Shown piece after piece: positions 10,296 through 20,899 of a stretch of DNA of 64,000 nt. A model generated the notes under the pieces. The model saw only the letters and a list, made by a program, of their open reading frames with translations, ran no database searches and was not told where the DNA came from. The position numbers and the translations under genes are program-made. Origin of the DNA: an uncultured delta proteobacterium (GTDB lineage Bacteria > Myxococcota > Myxococcia > Myxococcales > Myxococcaceae); NCBI GenBank assembly GCA_963771175.1, contig CAVYSY010000047.1, positions 53,785 to 117,784 on the forward strand. Direction: 5' to 3'. Position 1 is the stretch's first letter. Each line of letters starts with the position of its first letter.

Positions 10296-10706
10296 CGCCG
10301 CCCCCAGCAGCGCTCGCCTGCACGGCAGCGCACGCGCGGAGCATTGCAACCTCCGTGCAGCCCCTGCTCCGTTGGAGAAGCGACGGCGCAAGCGTGGGAA
10401 GTGCCGTGATGAACCCCTGGAGAACGGGACGGGGCCGGTAATTCCTGCAAACCCACCCATGAAAAAACGACGGTCCCGCGGAAGCTCCGGCTCACCCCAC
10501 CGCGGATGTGGGCAGCCCCTCCCCCAAGTCGGAGCTCAATGGAGACTTTCGGAAAGGTGGTCGAGGACGTGAGCCTGCCCCGAGGACAGGGCCCACACGC
10601 GGCCATGCAAGGCCGACTCCGGCCCCGCGCACGCCAGCAACAGGAGCAGCAGGACGCTCCCGACTCTCCACCCCGGTGCGCCCCGCCTCCCGTGCATCAC
10701 CACGTC

Positions 10707-11772
10707 CTACAGGAACTTCTCGCGCTTGCGGCTCTTGAGCGCCTCGACCACCTTGCGCACGTCCTGGCTCTTGTCCTTGGGCACCACCAGCACCGCGTCG
10801 CCCGAGTCCACCACCACCATGTCGGTGAGGCCCACCACGGCCAGCGGGCGCTTGTCGGCGAGCACCACGCAGCCCTTGCAGTCCACCACCACCGCCTCGG
10901 CCCCGAGACGACGTTGCCGTTCTCGTCCGCGGGGCGCACCTCGGGGATGGCGGCGAAGGAGCCCACGTCGGACCAGCCGAAGTCGCCCGGCAGCACCGCG
11001 ATGTTGGAGCGCCTTCTCCATCACCCCGTAGTCGATGGAGATGGAGGGCAGCTTCGGGAACACGCGCTTGAGCACGCGCCGCGAAGGTGCGCTTCCCCGC
11101 CGCCTTGCGCAGCGCGTCCAGCCCCTTCTGCATCTCCGGCATGTGCTTCGCGAAGGCCTCCAGGATGACGTCCGCCCGGAAGACGAAGATGCCGGCGTTC
11201 CACAGGTACTCGCCCGACTCCACGTAGCGCCGCGCCGTCTCCACGTCCGGCTTCTCGCGGAAGGCCCTCACCTGGCGGCTCCCTCCCTCGAGGGCGTCGC
11301 CCACCTGGATGTAGCCGTAGCCCGTCTCCGGGCGGTTCGGCTTGATGCCCAGCGTGACGAGATGACCCTTCTCGGCGACCCGCGCCGCCTCGGCGATGGT
11401 CTTCTTGAAGCCGGCCACGTCCGCCACGTGATGGTCCGAGGGCAGGACGACCAGGATGCCCTCCGGGTCCCTCGCGGCCACCTGCAGCGCGGCCAGGGCG
11501 ATGGCCGGCGCGGTGTTGCGCGCCACCGGCTCGACGAGGAGGTTCTTCTTCGGCAGGCCCTTCACCAGCTTGGCCGCCTGCTTCGCGTGCAGGGGGCCGC
11601 AGACGATGAGGGTGTCCTTCACCGAGGCCAGCCCCTTGAGGCGCCCCGCGGTGTCGGTGATGAGCGGGCTCTTCGAGGCCAGCGGGAGGAACTGCTTGGG
11701 GCGCGCCTTGCGCGACAGCGGCCAGAAACGGGTGCCGGAACCACCGGCCATGATGACGGGATAGAGGGTCAT
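10707..11772 (-). CDS. manC: Mannose-1-phosphate guanylyltransferase (about 3 apparent frameshifts near 11075, 11010, 10905)
   Basis: VIMAGGSGTRFWPLSR, EPVARNTAPA, PSDH, PETGYGYI, WNAGIF, SIDYGVMEK, GWSDVGSF spread across frames. Confidence 0.9.
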
Positions 11773-11890
11773 GGGCGGCGCAAGATAGCGCCTTGCCCGC
11801 CGCCCGCCAGGGGTCCGTCTGCCCGGCTCCTCCTCGACCGTTGGCAGGAGTTTTGACCGCACCCCAAAAAGCCAGTCTCATGCCGGCGCG

Positions 11891-14632
11891 TTGGAGTCCA
11901 AGCACACATCGGTCGGGTTGACGCTCGCCCTCACGGTGGCGCTGGCCGTGGGGCTGTCCCTTGCCCCCGTGCCGGAGGCGCTGCGCCCCCTCCCCAGCCT
12001 CGCCAAGGGGCCGGCCGTGCCGCAGCTCATCGCGCTCGTCACCACGTCGAGCGCCGCCTCCAAGCGCAAGGCCATTGGTGTCGAGCCCGACGCGGACAGA
12101 AACACCCCCGAGGTGCCCGTCCTCCCCGAGGAAGAAGAAGAGGCTCCCGAGCTGGCCGAGAACGGCACCTCCGACGCCGGGACACCGCTCCCAGCACCCG
12201 ACGTCTCCACCGCCGTCTCCGATTCCCTGGGGCTGTCGGGCCTGGGCCCCACCACGCTCACCACCGCCCTGCGCATGGAGGCCCTGCGCGAGAAGATGGG
12301 CGCGAAGAACGTGGACATCGACCCGGGCTGCCGGCGCATGGGCGCCTCCGGGTGCGAGGAGAGCGGGCTGGCCCCCTTCTTCCAGGCGCTGGAGGCCCTG
12401 CGCGATGGCAGCCGCACCCAGCCCGTCCGGGTCGAGCACCTGGGCGACTCGCTCATCGCCTCGGACCACATCAACGACGTGGTGCGCAACCGGCTGCAGG
12501 AGCGTCACGGCTCGGGCGGCAAGGGCTTCCTCTACGTCGACCGCCCCACCCGCTCCGGCCGCGGCGTGCGCGCCGGCCAGGCCTCCGAGGGCTGGGAGTT
12601 CATCCGCATCATCGACCGCGCGCCCCCGAAGGACCGGCTGCCCTTCACCGGCGTGGCCTTCGTCGCTGGCGTCAAGGACCCCCAGGACGTGCGCTTCGCC
12701 GTCGAGGACGCGCGCACCGCGGAGATCTTCTTCCTCGCGCAGCCGGGCGGGGGCACCGTGCAGGTCTCCGTGGACGGCAAGCCGCAGCAGCGCGTGCAGA
12801 CGCGCTGGAGCCCGGCGGAGGTGGCCATCGCCAAGGTGAAGCTGCCGGCCGGGGCGAAGACGCTGTCGCTGAGGACGCGGGGCAAGGTGGAGCTGCACGG
12901 CGTCTCGCTGGAGAACGGCAACCCGGGCGTGGTGTACGACACCATCGGCCTGCCGGGCGCCTACGCGGGCGTGTTCCTGCGCACGCACCGGCCCTACTTC
13001 CGCGCGCAGCTCCGCCAGCGCAAGCCGTCGCTGGTGGTGCTCATGTTCGGCGGCAACGAGGCCTTCCGCCTCTCGCGTGACTGGACGAAGCCGGAGGAGA
13101 TTCGTCAGGAGGCGGAGCAGCTCGTGAAGCTGGTGCGCGAGTCCGTGCCGGAGGCCGCGTGCCTCGTCTGGTCTCCCATCGACGCGGCCGTGCGCACCCT
13201 CGGGGGCGAGCTGGTGCCGCGCCGGGGCTCGCGCATGGTGGCGGACATCTTCCGCGACGTGGCGAAGGAGGGCGGCTGCGCCTACTGGGACGCGCTCAGC
13301 GCCATGGGGGAGGAGGGCGCGGCCATCCGCTGGCTGTCCGCCGGCATGCTCAACGAGGACCTCATCCACCCGCGCGCGAGGGGCTCGGACCTGCTGGGCC
13401 ACCTCTTCGACCTGGCCATTCAGCGCGCCTACGCCGCGAGCCACCCGCCGCGCGTCGCCACCGAGCCCCAGGGCTTCCAGCACGCCGACAAGTCCCTCAC
13501 CACCACCCTCACGCGCCTGCTCGCGCTGGAGAAGGGCGAGAACACCCGGCTGGGCATCCTGCAGATGGGCGCCTCGCACACCGCCTCGCACTACTTCACG
13601 GACGCGATGCGCACCGCGCTGGCGAAGCGCTTCGGAGACGCCGGGCGCGGCTTCATCGCCGCGGGCAAGGAGTCGGACCGGCTGAAGCCCGCGGGTGTCG
13701 TGCGCGAGCTGACGGGGGAGTGGACGGTGGAGGACGCGCTGCAGGCCACCGAGCCCGGACAGGCCTGGGGCCTCAGCGGCATCCGCGCCGTGGGCGCTCC
13801 CGGGGCCTCGCTGCGCATCCGCTTCTGCGACGGGTGCACCGCGGCCACCACGCCGCCCGCCCGGCTCTCGCTCTACTGGCTGGACGGCCCCGGCTCCGGG
13901 CAGATGGAGGTGAAGCTGGACGGCAACGCCCTGCCGCCCGAGCCGCCGCCGCCCGAGCCCTTCGCCACGCCCACGGTGCGCATCCGCTCCTTCCCCGTCA
14001 CCGGCCCCGCCCATGAGGTGGAGGTGCTCAACCAGGGAGGCGGACCCCTCACCGTGCTGGGCGCGGCGCTGGACCTGGAGCAGCCCGGGGTGGCCTACGA
14101 CGCGGTGGGCCTGCCGGGCTCCACCGCCTCCACCCTGGCCAGCATGGAGCCGCAGGCACTCGCCGCGCAGCTCTCCTCGCGCAAGCCCCAGCTCCTCGTC
14201 TTCTGGTACGGCACCAACGAGAGCGGCCAGGCGGACCTGGACGCGGAGAAGCTGCGCGCCGAGTACGGTGCCCTCATCGCGCGCCTGAAGAAGGACGCGG
14301 GCGGCGCCGAGTGCCTCCTCATCGGCACCACCGACCGGCTGCAGCAGCGCGCGGACGGCGGGTGGGAGGAGGCTCCCGCGCTCGCCAGGGTGGTGAAGAC
14401 GCTCCCCGAGGTGGCGCGCGAGCAGGGCTGCGCCTATTGGTCCGCGCGCGCGGCCATGGGCGGAGATCGCGGCATGCGGCGCTGGCAGCGGGACGGGCTC
14501 GGCCACACCGACGGCATCCACCTGACGCCCGAGGGCTACGAGAAGCTCGCGGGCCTGTTCCTCTCCGACCTGCTCGCGGCCTACGAGACCTTCAAGGCCC
14601 ATCCGCCAACGCTCACCGCGGAGGGCGGCTGA
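11891..14632 (+). CDS. Exported protein with two tandem SGNH/GDSL domains (O-acetyltransferase/esterase-like)
   Basis: N-terminal hydrophobic segment; domain 1 GDSL..GGNE..DLIHP; domain 2 GASH..GTNE..DGIHL; start codon uncertain. Confidence 0.8.
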   Translation: MESKHTSVGLTLALTVALAVGLSLAPVPEALRPLPSLAKGPAVPQLIALVTTSSAASKRKAIGVEPDADRNTPEVPVLPEEEEEAPELAENGTSDAGTPLPAPDVSTAVSDSLGLSGLGPTTLTTALRMEALREKMGAKNVDIDPGCRRMGASGCEESGLAPFFQALEALRDGSRTQPVRVEHLGDSLIASDHINDVVRNRLQERHGSGGKGFLYVDRPTRSGRGVRAGQASEGWEFIRIIDRAPPKDRLPFTGVAFVAGVKDPQDVRFAVEDARTAEIFFLAQPGGGTVQVSVDGKPQQRVQTRWSPAEVAIAKVKLPAGAKTLSLRTRGKVELHGVSLENGNPGVVYDTIGLPGAYAGVFLRTHRPYFRAQLRQRKPSLVVLMFGGNEAFRLSRDWTKPEEIRQEAEQLVKLVRESVPEAACLVWSPIDAAVRTLGGELVPRRGSRMVADIFRDVAKEGGCAYWDALSAMGEEGAAIRWLSAGMLNEDLIHPRARGSDLLGHLFDLAIQRAYAASHPPRVATEPQGFQHADKSLTTTLTRLLALEKGENTRLGILQMGASHTASHYFTDAMRTALAKRFGDAGRGFIAAGKESDRLKPAGVVRELTGEWTVEDALQATEPGQAWGLSGIRAVGAPGASLRIRFCDGCTAATTPPARLSLYWLDGPGSGQMEVKLDGNALPPEPPPPEPFATPTVRIRSFPVTGPAHEVEVLNQGGGPLTVLGAALDLEQPGVAYDAVGLPGSTASTLASMEPQALAAQLSSRKPQLLVFWYGTNESGQADLDAEKLRAEYGALIARLKKDAGGAECLLIGTTDRLQQRADGGWEEAPALARVVKTLPEVAREQGCAYWSARAAMGGDRGMRRWQRDGLGHTDGIHLTPEGYEKLAGLFLSDLLAAYETFKAHPPTLTAEGG

Positions 14633-14633
14633 C

Positions 14634-16058
14634 GTGTACTTCCACAGCCCTCAGTTCATCTTCTTCCTCACCGTCACCTTCGCCCTGTACTGGGCGCTGC
14701 ACCGCTACAAGTGGCCCCGGCTGGGCGTGCTGATGGTGGCGAGCGTCATCTTCTACGCGATGTGGACGCCGCTGCCGCTGGTGCTCTTCGTGGTGGCCAC
14801 GGGCATCAACCACCTGTGCATCAAGGGCTTCCGGCGCTCGCAATCGCCCGGGGTGCGCAAGGCGCTGGTGACGGTGTCCATCGTCAGCACGCTCGGGGTG
14901 CTGTGCACCTTCAAGTACGCGGACCTGTTCCGCGAGACGGCGGTGGTGCTGCTGGGCCCGCTGGGCATCCACGTGCGCACCGAGCCCTACGGGCTGCTGC
15001 TGCCGGTGGGCCTGTCCTTCTTCACCTTCCAGGCCATCAGCTACGTGGTGGACAGCTACCGGGGGCAGATTTCGAAGGAGCACACCTACTTCGAGCACCT
15101 GCTCTACCTGCTCTTCTTCCCGCACCTGGTGGCGGGCCCCATCGTGCGCGCCTCGCACCTCATCGAGCGCTTCGACGACACGCCCTCGCTGACGTCCGCG
15201 GAGGGTGGCCGAGGCCTGTACCGCATCGCGGTGGGCATGGTGAAGAAACTGGTCATCGCGGACGTGCTGGGCTCGGGCCTGGTGGACCCCGTCTTCGCAT
15301 CGCCGGAGGCGTACACCTCGGCCGAGTGCCTCGTGGCGGCGGTGGCCTACAGCTTCGAGCTCTACTTCGACTTCTCGGCGTACTCGGACATCGCCATCGG
15401 CACGGCGGCGCTCTTCGGCTTCAAGTTCGAGGAGAACTTCAACCGCCCCTACCTGGCGACGAACCTCTTCGACTTCTGGGGCCGCTGGCACATCAGCCTG
15501 TCGAACTGGCTGCGCGACTACCTCTACCGGCCGATGGGCGGCAACCGGGTCTCCAAGCCTCGGGCGCTCTTCAACCTGATGGTGACGATGGGGCTGGGCG
15601 GCCTGTGGCACGGGGCGGACTGGCGCTTCGCCATCTGGGGCCTCGCACACGGAGCGATGGAGTGCGTCATCCGCGTGTGGTGGTGGATGACGGGCAAGCC
15701 GCCAAAGGAAGGCCCCATGGCGAAGGTGCGCGCGGGGCTCGGCTGGGCGGCCACGTTCGCGGTGGTGGTGCTCACCCGCGTCATCTTCCGCTCGCCGACG
15801 CTGGCGCACGCGGGGGAGATGTACGCGCGGATGTTCGAGGGCAGCATGGGGTTCGCCAACGTGAGCACCCTCGTCTGGGCGATTCTGGCCGTGGCGGCGG
15901 TGAGCCATGTGCTGCCGCTGCGCTTCTTCTTCCAGGCGGGCGACCTCTTCGTGAAGCTGCCCGTGCCGGTGCGCGCGGTGGTGCTGGTGGCCATCGGCCT
16001 GGGCGTGCGCCACCTGTCCTCGGTGGAGACCCGCCCGTACGTCTACTTCCAGTTCTGA
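14634..16058 (+). CDS. MBOAT-family O-acyltransferase (AlgI/PatA/DltB-like)
   Basis: LPVGLSFFTFQAISY, FFPHLVAGPI, YFDFSAYSDIA, ENFNRPY, FWGRWHISLS, GLWHGA, YFQF terminus. Confidence 0.93.
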   Translation: MYFHSPQFIFFLTVTFALYWALHRYKWPRLGVLMVASVIFYAMWTPLPLVLFVVATGINHLCIKGFRRSQSPGVRKALVTVSIVSTLGVLCTFKYADLFRETAVVLLGPLGIHVRTEPYGLLLPVGLSFFTFQAISYVVDSYRGQISKEHTYFEHLLYLLFFPHLVAGPIVRASHLIERFDDTPSLTSAEGGRGLYRIAVGMVKKLVIADVLGSGLVDPVFASPEAYTSAECLVAAVAYSFELYFDFSAYSDIAIGTAALFGFKFEENFNRPYLATNLFDFWGRWHISLSNWLRDYLYRPMGGNRVSKPRALFNLMVTMGLGGLWHGADWRFAIWGLAHGAMECVIRVWWWMTGKPPKEGPMAKVRAGLGWAATFAVVVLTRVIFRSPTLAHAGEMYARMFEGSMGFANVSTLVWAILAVAAVSHVLPLRFFFQAGDLFVKLPVPVRAVVLVAIGLGVRHLSSVETRPYVYFQF

Positions 16059-16079
16059 GTCACCCGACCGGGGCGGCCC

Positions 16080-17327
16080 TCACGCCGCCCAGCGGCGCAC
16101 GATGCGGTCCGTCGCCTCGGCCTGCGCCGAATCGGTCTGGACGTCCAGGCCCATGCCCCGGGCGCTGAAGCGGTGCACCGCCCCCTTCACCGGAGCCGAG
16201 CCCGAGCGCACCTCGTCCGCGTGCCACAGCTCGCCACCGCTGGCGAGCACGGCCTGCCGCATGCGCGCGTCGAACTCCGCCTCGGGCAGCAGCCGCATGT
16301 GCTCCACCAGCAGCTCCACGGTGGCGTCCGCATCGGGCCGCTGCGCCTCCGGGCCGGCGAGGCTGCGGAAGATCTCCGCGTGGCGGTGGGCCGGGAGGAA
16401 GGCGGCGTAACCGGGCCGCAGCACCGCCACCCCGGGCTCCGCCCGCTGGCCGGAGCGCGCGGGCTCCGGGCGGCGACTGGCCGGGAGCACGGACACCTCG
16501 ACCACCCGGGGCGAGCCATCCACCGCCCCCAGGAAGGGCGGACGGCGATGGAGGTCGAGCAGCGCCGCCAGCCGGCCGGCGTGGCCGGCATGGCGCACGG
16601 TGAAGGAGCGGTGGCCCTCGACGCGCACCTCGCCCCAGGCCGGCAGGGCGGAGATGCCACCGGGGGCGATGGACTCCAGCGACACCTGCACCGGCTCGCC
16701 GAAGCGCGGCTGCCACATCAGCCGCTTCGAGGTGAGCCAGAAGCGGCCCGAGCACCGCAGGTGGAAGTAGAGGAGGAACGCGCCGCCCGCGACGAGCAGG
16801 GGGCCGGGGTGGCCGAGCCGCGCCATCCAGTGGCGATTGGTGAGGGTGAGCAGCGCGAACACCCACGAGCCGGGCCACGCGAGGAGGTGGCGCCATCCCT
16901 GCGCGCCCTCGAGCAGCACGGGCTCATCCCGCCCGGGCGGCTGGGGCACGGGCTCGCGCACCAGGGCCTCCAGGGAGCCGAGCACCTCCCCCAGGGACGC
17001 CCCACCCCGCCGGGTGAAGCGGGCGAGCCGCTTGCGCGCGAGCACCTCCAGCCGGGCCCGCCGCTGGCGCAGCGTCCGCGGGGACTTCCCCTCCTCACCC
17101 AGGGCCAGCAGCTCGAGGACGGGGGCCTCCAGCTCCCGCGCCTCCCGCAGCCGCTCCGCGTGCGCGCGCAACAGGCGCTTCCAGCGGGGCGAGCGCATCA
17201 TCCGCGAGAGCTCGGCGTAGCATGCGAGGGCCGGGTCCAGGGCCCAGCGGGCGCCGCGTACCTCGGACACGGGACGCTCCTCCGCCGGAGGCGTGCCAGA
17301 GCCAGCGTGGGGGGTGGCCAGGGTCAT
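16080..17327 (-). CDS. Hypothetical membrane protein, possible PH-like domain
   Basis: Intact 415-aa ORF with two short TM segments followed by GRFWLTSKRLMWQP. Confidence 0.6.
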   Translation of the reverse strand: MTLATPHAGSGTPPAEERPVSEVRGARWALDPALACYAELSRMMRSPRWKRLLRAHAERLREARELEAPVLELLALGEEGKSPRTLRQRRARLEVLARKRLARFTRRGGASLGEVLGSLEALVREPVPQPPGRDEPVLLEGAQGWRHLLAWPGSWVFALLTLTNRHWMARLGHPGPLLVAGGAFLLYFHLRCSGRFWLTSKRLMWQPRFGEPVQVSLESIAPGGISALPAWGEVRVEGHRSFTVRHAGHAGRLAALLDLHRRPPFLGAVDGSPRVVEVSVLPASRRPEPARSGQRAEPGVAVLRPGYAAFLPAHRHAEIFRSLAGPEAQRPDADATVELLVEHMRLLPEAEFDARMRQAVLASGGELWHADEVRSGSAPVKGAVHRFSARGMGLDVQTDSAQAEATDRIVRRWAA

Positions 17328-17487
17328 GGCGGGAATCCTCTCGCGAAGGGTCCCCTCCCAAACTGCCCGCTCCCCGCGTTTGAATCCAAGTCACGAATTC
17401 CCATCGAGGGTGGGTGGATGGAGGAAGCACGAGGGAGCATACCCTTGCTTACCCGCCTCCCGCCAACCCGTCCATCGCCGGCTCACC

Positions 17488-18814
17488 TCAGACCCAGCGC
17501 CGCCGCATGCCCCCGTTCGTGGCCGGCTCGTATTGAAGGAGCGGCGGCGAGCGCGGCAGGTAGAAGATGAAGCGGGTGCCCTGGCCTGGCTCGCTCTCCA
17601 CCTCGATGCGGCCGCCGTGGGACGTGATGATGCCGTGCACCACCGACAGCCCCAGCCCCGTGCCCTCTCCGGCCGGCTTGGTGGTGAAGAAGGGCTCGAA
17701 GAGGTGCCGCTTCGTCTCCTCGGACATGCCCGTGCCCGTGTCGCTCACCTCCACGCGCACTCCCTTCCCCTCGCTGCGCGTGGAGATGCGCACCACGCCG
17801 CCGGACGCGGTGGCCTGCCCCGCGTTGACCAGCAGGTTCACCAGCACCTGGACGATCTGCCGCGGGCGGCCCACCATCGTCCCCACCCCGCCCAGCTCCT
17901 TCTCCACCCGGCAGTGGCCGAGCTGGCCGTGCGCGATGCGCAGCGCCGTCTCCACCTCCGCATCGAGCTCGTATCCGGTATGGGCCTCGGGGTCCCCGCG
18001 CGCGAAGCGACGCAGGTCCGCGACGATGGCGTTCACCCGTTTGATGCCATCCAGCGTGGCCGGGAGCACGTCGTCCACGTACTCCTTCATCGCCTCGGAC
18101 AGGTTCGGCTCGTCGCGCAAGCTCCCTGAGCATCGAGTGGACGTTGCTCGTCACGAAGCTCATCGGGTTGTTGATTTCGTGCGCCACGCCCGCCGCCAGC
18201 ATGCCCAGGCTGGAGAGCTTCTCCTGCTCGAGGGCGCGCTGGTGCAACTGCTGAAGCTCCTGGTGGGCCTTCTCGAGCTGCTCGCGCTGCTCCACCACCT
18301 GCCCCAGCATCCCGCGCAGCAGCGTGGCCCGCTTCTCCAACACCAGGTAGGCGCAGCCGCACAACAGGACACAGGCCAGGGCCATCTCCAAGCCCCCGCC
18401 GGTGGACAGCGCCACGGAGATCACCGTCCCCAGGTAGAAGGCGATGCGCAGGAAGACCCAGCCATCCATCCCGTGGAACCAGAGCAGGTTGTAGGGGACG
18501 AAGATCCACACCAGTGGCGACCAGTGGGTGAGGACGCCCATCACCGAGACGCCCACCAGGTTGGCCAGCATCCGCGCCGTCTCCGCCCAGCCCCGGCCGA
18601 CGCGGGTGGCGAGCCGCTCGACGATCAGCAGGTTGAACAGGGAGAGCCACAACCCGATGCCCAGCACGCCGAGCACCACGGGCCACCGTCCCCAGTACCA
18701 GAGGATGAGCGCCGCGTTGAACATGGCCGGGCCCAGGCCCGCCATGGCTTGCACGCCCTGATGTACCTGCTCTGGATCCGCCTCCGGAACGACCTGCTTC
18801 GGTTGAGCGTTCAT
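17488..18814 (-). CDS. Membrane sensor histidine kinase (apparent frameshift near 18120)
   Basis: Multi-TM N-terminus; H-box LAAGVAHEINNP; N-box NLLVNAGQA; DTGTG, FEPFFTTK, GTGLGL. Confidence 0.88.
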
Positions 18815-18835
18815 GCCCGAGGAAAGGAGGGGCGC

Positions 18836-19216
18836 TCAGGGCCCCGAGGTGACGGGGCCCTGTCCCCCGAGGAGGGCCCGGACATCGGCGACGAGCCGCT
18901 CATCGTCCCAGGGCTTGCTGATGAAGTGGGAGATGACGCCGGCCCCCGCGCCGCTGGAGGACAGATCCGCGTGGCCCGAGATGAGCACCCGCACCGTCTT
19001 CGGCGCCATGCGCAACACCTGCCCGAGCAGCTCCAGTCCGTTCATTCCCCGCATGCGGAAGTCGGAGATGACCACGTCCGCCTCGAAGCTCGCGAGCTTC
19101 TGGATGGCCTCCTCGCCATTGAGCGCGACCTCGATGGAGAAGCCCTCACGCCGCAACAATCGGCGGAGCGCTCCGACCACATGTACTTCATCGTCGACGA
19201 TGAGAATCCTGGGCAT
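18836..19216 (-). CDS. Single-domain response regulator
   Basis: ILIVDDE, ISDFRM (phospho-Asp), ISG, KPW. Confidence 0.88.
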   Translation of the reverse strand: MPRILIVDDEVHVVGALRRLLRREGFSIEVALNGEEAIQKLASFEADVVISDFRMRGMNGLELLGQVLRMAPKTVRVLISGHADLSSSGAGAGVISHFISKPWDDERLVADVRALLGGQGPVTSGP

Positions 19217-19338
19217 GGGGGCTCCGAGCCACGCCGGCACGTATGCTCCACGCTACATCAGATGCGGGAGGTCCTACAGACGGCGAGCCTCCTCCATTCA
19301 GGTTTGGACGGAACATTCGGGGGCTCCCGGAATCCAAG

Positions 19339-19923
19339 CTACGAGTTCCCGGAGAACTCGGAGGCCAGCCGCAGCAGGTCTCGGAGGATGCGGCCGGTGG
19401 CGCCCCAGATGACGTGGGAGCCGTAGGTATAGAAGTCCACCTCGTACTCCACGCCCCGGACACTGCGCCGCTCGGTGCGGCGGAGGGTCGGATCCATCAG
19501 GGCCGCCAGCGGCACCTCGATGATGAACTCCACCTCGTCGGGGTTGGGCCGGTACTCCAGGCTGTTGGGGATGACACCCACGAAGGGCTGGATGCGGAAC
19601 TCGGTGAGGGTGGGCACCTCGTCCAGGGCGCCGAGCACGCGCACCCCGGACACGTCGATGCCCAACTCCTCCCGCGTCTCGCGCAGCGCGGTGTGCAGCG
19701 GGGTGGTGTCCTCCGCGTCTCGCGAGCCTCCTGGGAAGGAGTACTGACCGGCGTGGTGGCGCAGCGTGGAGGGGCGCTTGGTGAAGAGGATGTGGGGCGA
19801 ACCCTCGCGCACGAGGAGGGGCACCAGCACCGCGGCCTCGCGCAACACGAGTCCGGGGAGGTTGACGGCCCGAGGGGGCCGGGAGGCCAACCGGGCCTCC
19901 AGCGCGTCGAAGAGGATGTCCAC
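19339..19923 (-). CDS. CoA pyrophosphatase (Nudix, NudL-like)
   Basis: AAVLVP, HAGQYSFPGG, TALRETREELGI Nudix box, IWGATG. Confidence 0.9.
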   Translation of the reverse strand: MDILFDALEARLASRPPRAVNLPGLVLREAAVLVPLLVREGSPHILFTKRPSTLRHHAGQYSFPGGSRDAEDTTPLHTALRETREELGIDVSGVRVLGALDEVPTLTEFRIQPFVGVIPNSLEYRPNPDEVEFIIEVPLAALMDPTLRRTERRSVRGVEYEVDFYTYGSHVIWGATGRILRDLLRLASEFSGNS

Positions 19924-19925
19924 GG

Positions 19926-20819
19926 CTACTCCGTCAGCTGCTTCTCCACGGGAATCTTCAGGGGCTTCGCCGGGGTGTCCACGTTCTCCACGCCGGACAT
20001 CGGGCGGAGCACGTTCATCTGGAGCAACACCAGCAGCACCACGCCCAGCACCACCCGGTAGACGATGAAGACGAGGGTGGAGCGGGTACGCAGATAGCTC
20101 AACAGCCAGGCGATGGCCGCCCATCCCGAGCCGAAGGCCACCACTGTCCCCACGACGAGGGCCACGGTGGAGGGCCGCTCGGTGGCCTCCAGCAGGTGCT
20201 TGAGCTCGAAGATGCCGGCGAGGGAGGTGGCGGGAATGGACAGCAGGAAGGAATAGCGCGCCGCGTCCTCGCGCCGCAGCCCCAGCGACAGGGCCCCGGT
20301 GAGGGTGGTGCCCGAGCGCGAGGAGCCGGGGATGAGGGCCAGCGCCTGCCACAGCCCCACGATGATGCCGTCCTGCCACCGCATGTCGGCCAGGGTGCGC
20401 TTGTGGGAGGCCCGGCGCTCCACGATGAAGAGGACGATGGCCAGGACGATGAGGCTGCCGGAGATGATGTAGAGCGAGCGCAGCGACGTCTCGATGGCCT
20501 TCTTGAAGGCGAGCCCGCAGATGCCGATGGGCAGGGTGCCCACGAGGACGAACCAGGCGAGGCGCGACTCGGTGGTGGCGAAGGGCTGGCGCTGGAGCAG
20601 CCCCTGGAAGAAGGCCTTGCCCAGGACGACGATGTCTCGCCGGAAATAGATGAGGACCGCGGCCACGGTGCCGAGCTGGATGATGGCGGAGTACGCCGCG
20701 CCCGGGTCCTGCCACCCGAGCAGCTCCGGGACGATGCGCAGGTGCGCGGTGGAGCTGATGGGCAGGAACTCGGTCAATCCCTGGACCAGCCCGAGAACGA
20801 TGGCTTGAAGGAGGCTCAT
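19926..20819 (-). CDS. uppP: Undecaprenyl-diphosphate phosphatase
   Basis: QGLTEFLPISSTAH, IQLGT, PGSSRSGTT, ARYSFLL. Confidence 0.95.
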   Translation of the reverse strand: MSLLQAIVLGLVQGLTEFLPISSTAHLRIVPELLGWQDPGAAYSAIIQLGTVAAVLIYFRRDIVVLGKAFFQGLLQRQPFATTESRLAWFVLVGTLPIGICGLAFKKAIETSLRSLYIISGSLIVLAIVLFIVERRASHKRTLADMRWQDGIIVGLWQALALIPGSSRSGTTLTGALSLGLRREDAARYSFLLSIPATSLAGIFELKHLLEATERPSTVALVVGTVVAFGSGWAAIAWLLSYLRTRSTLVFIVYRVVLGVVLLVLLQMNVLRPMSGVENVDTPAKPLKIPVEKQLTE

Positions 20820-20899
20820 ACGGTGTGGGGAACTGGATGTATGCGCTACCCTCCGGGGCAGCAAGGGCCTTCGCAAGGCCCTGTCTTCCAGGAACGCCC

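Noticed and set aside
11021..14602. 1193-aa minus-strand ORF and many other long overlapping ORFs (e.g. 1703-3952, 6400-8223, 33863-35818)
   Set aside because: Antisense shadows of real genes, expected at this GC content; no recognisable motifs
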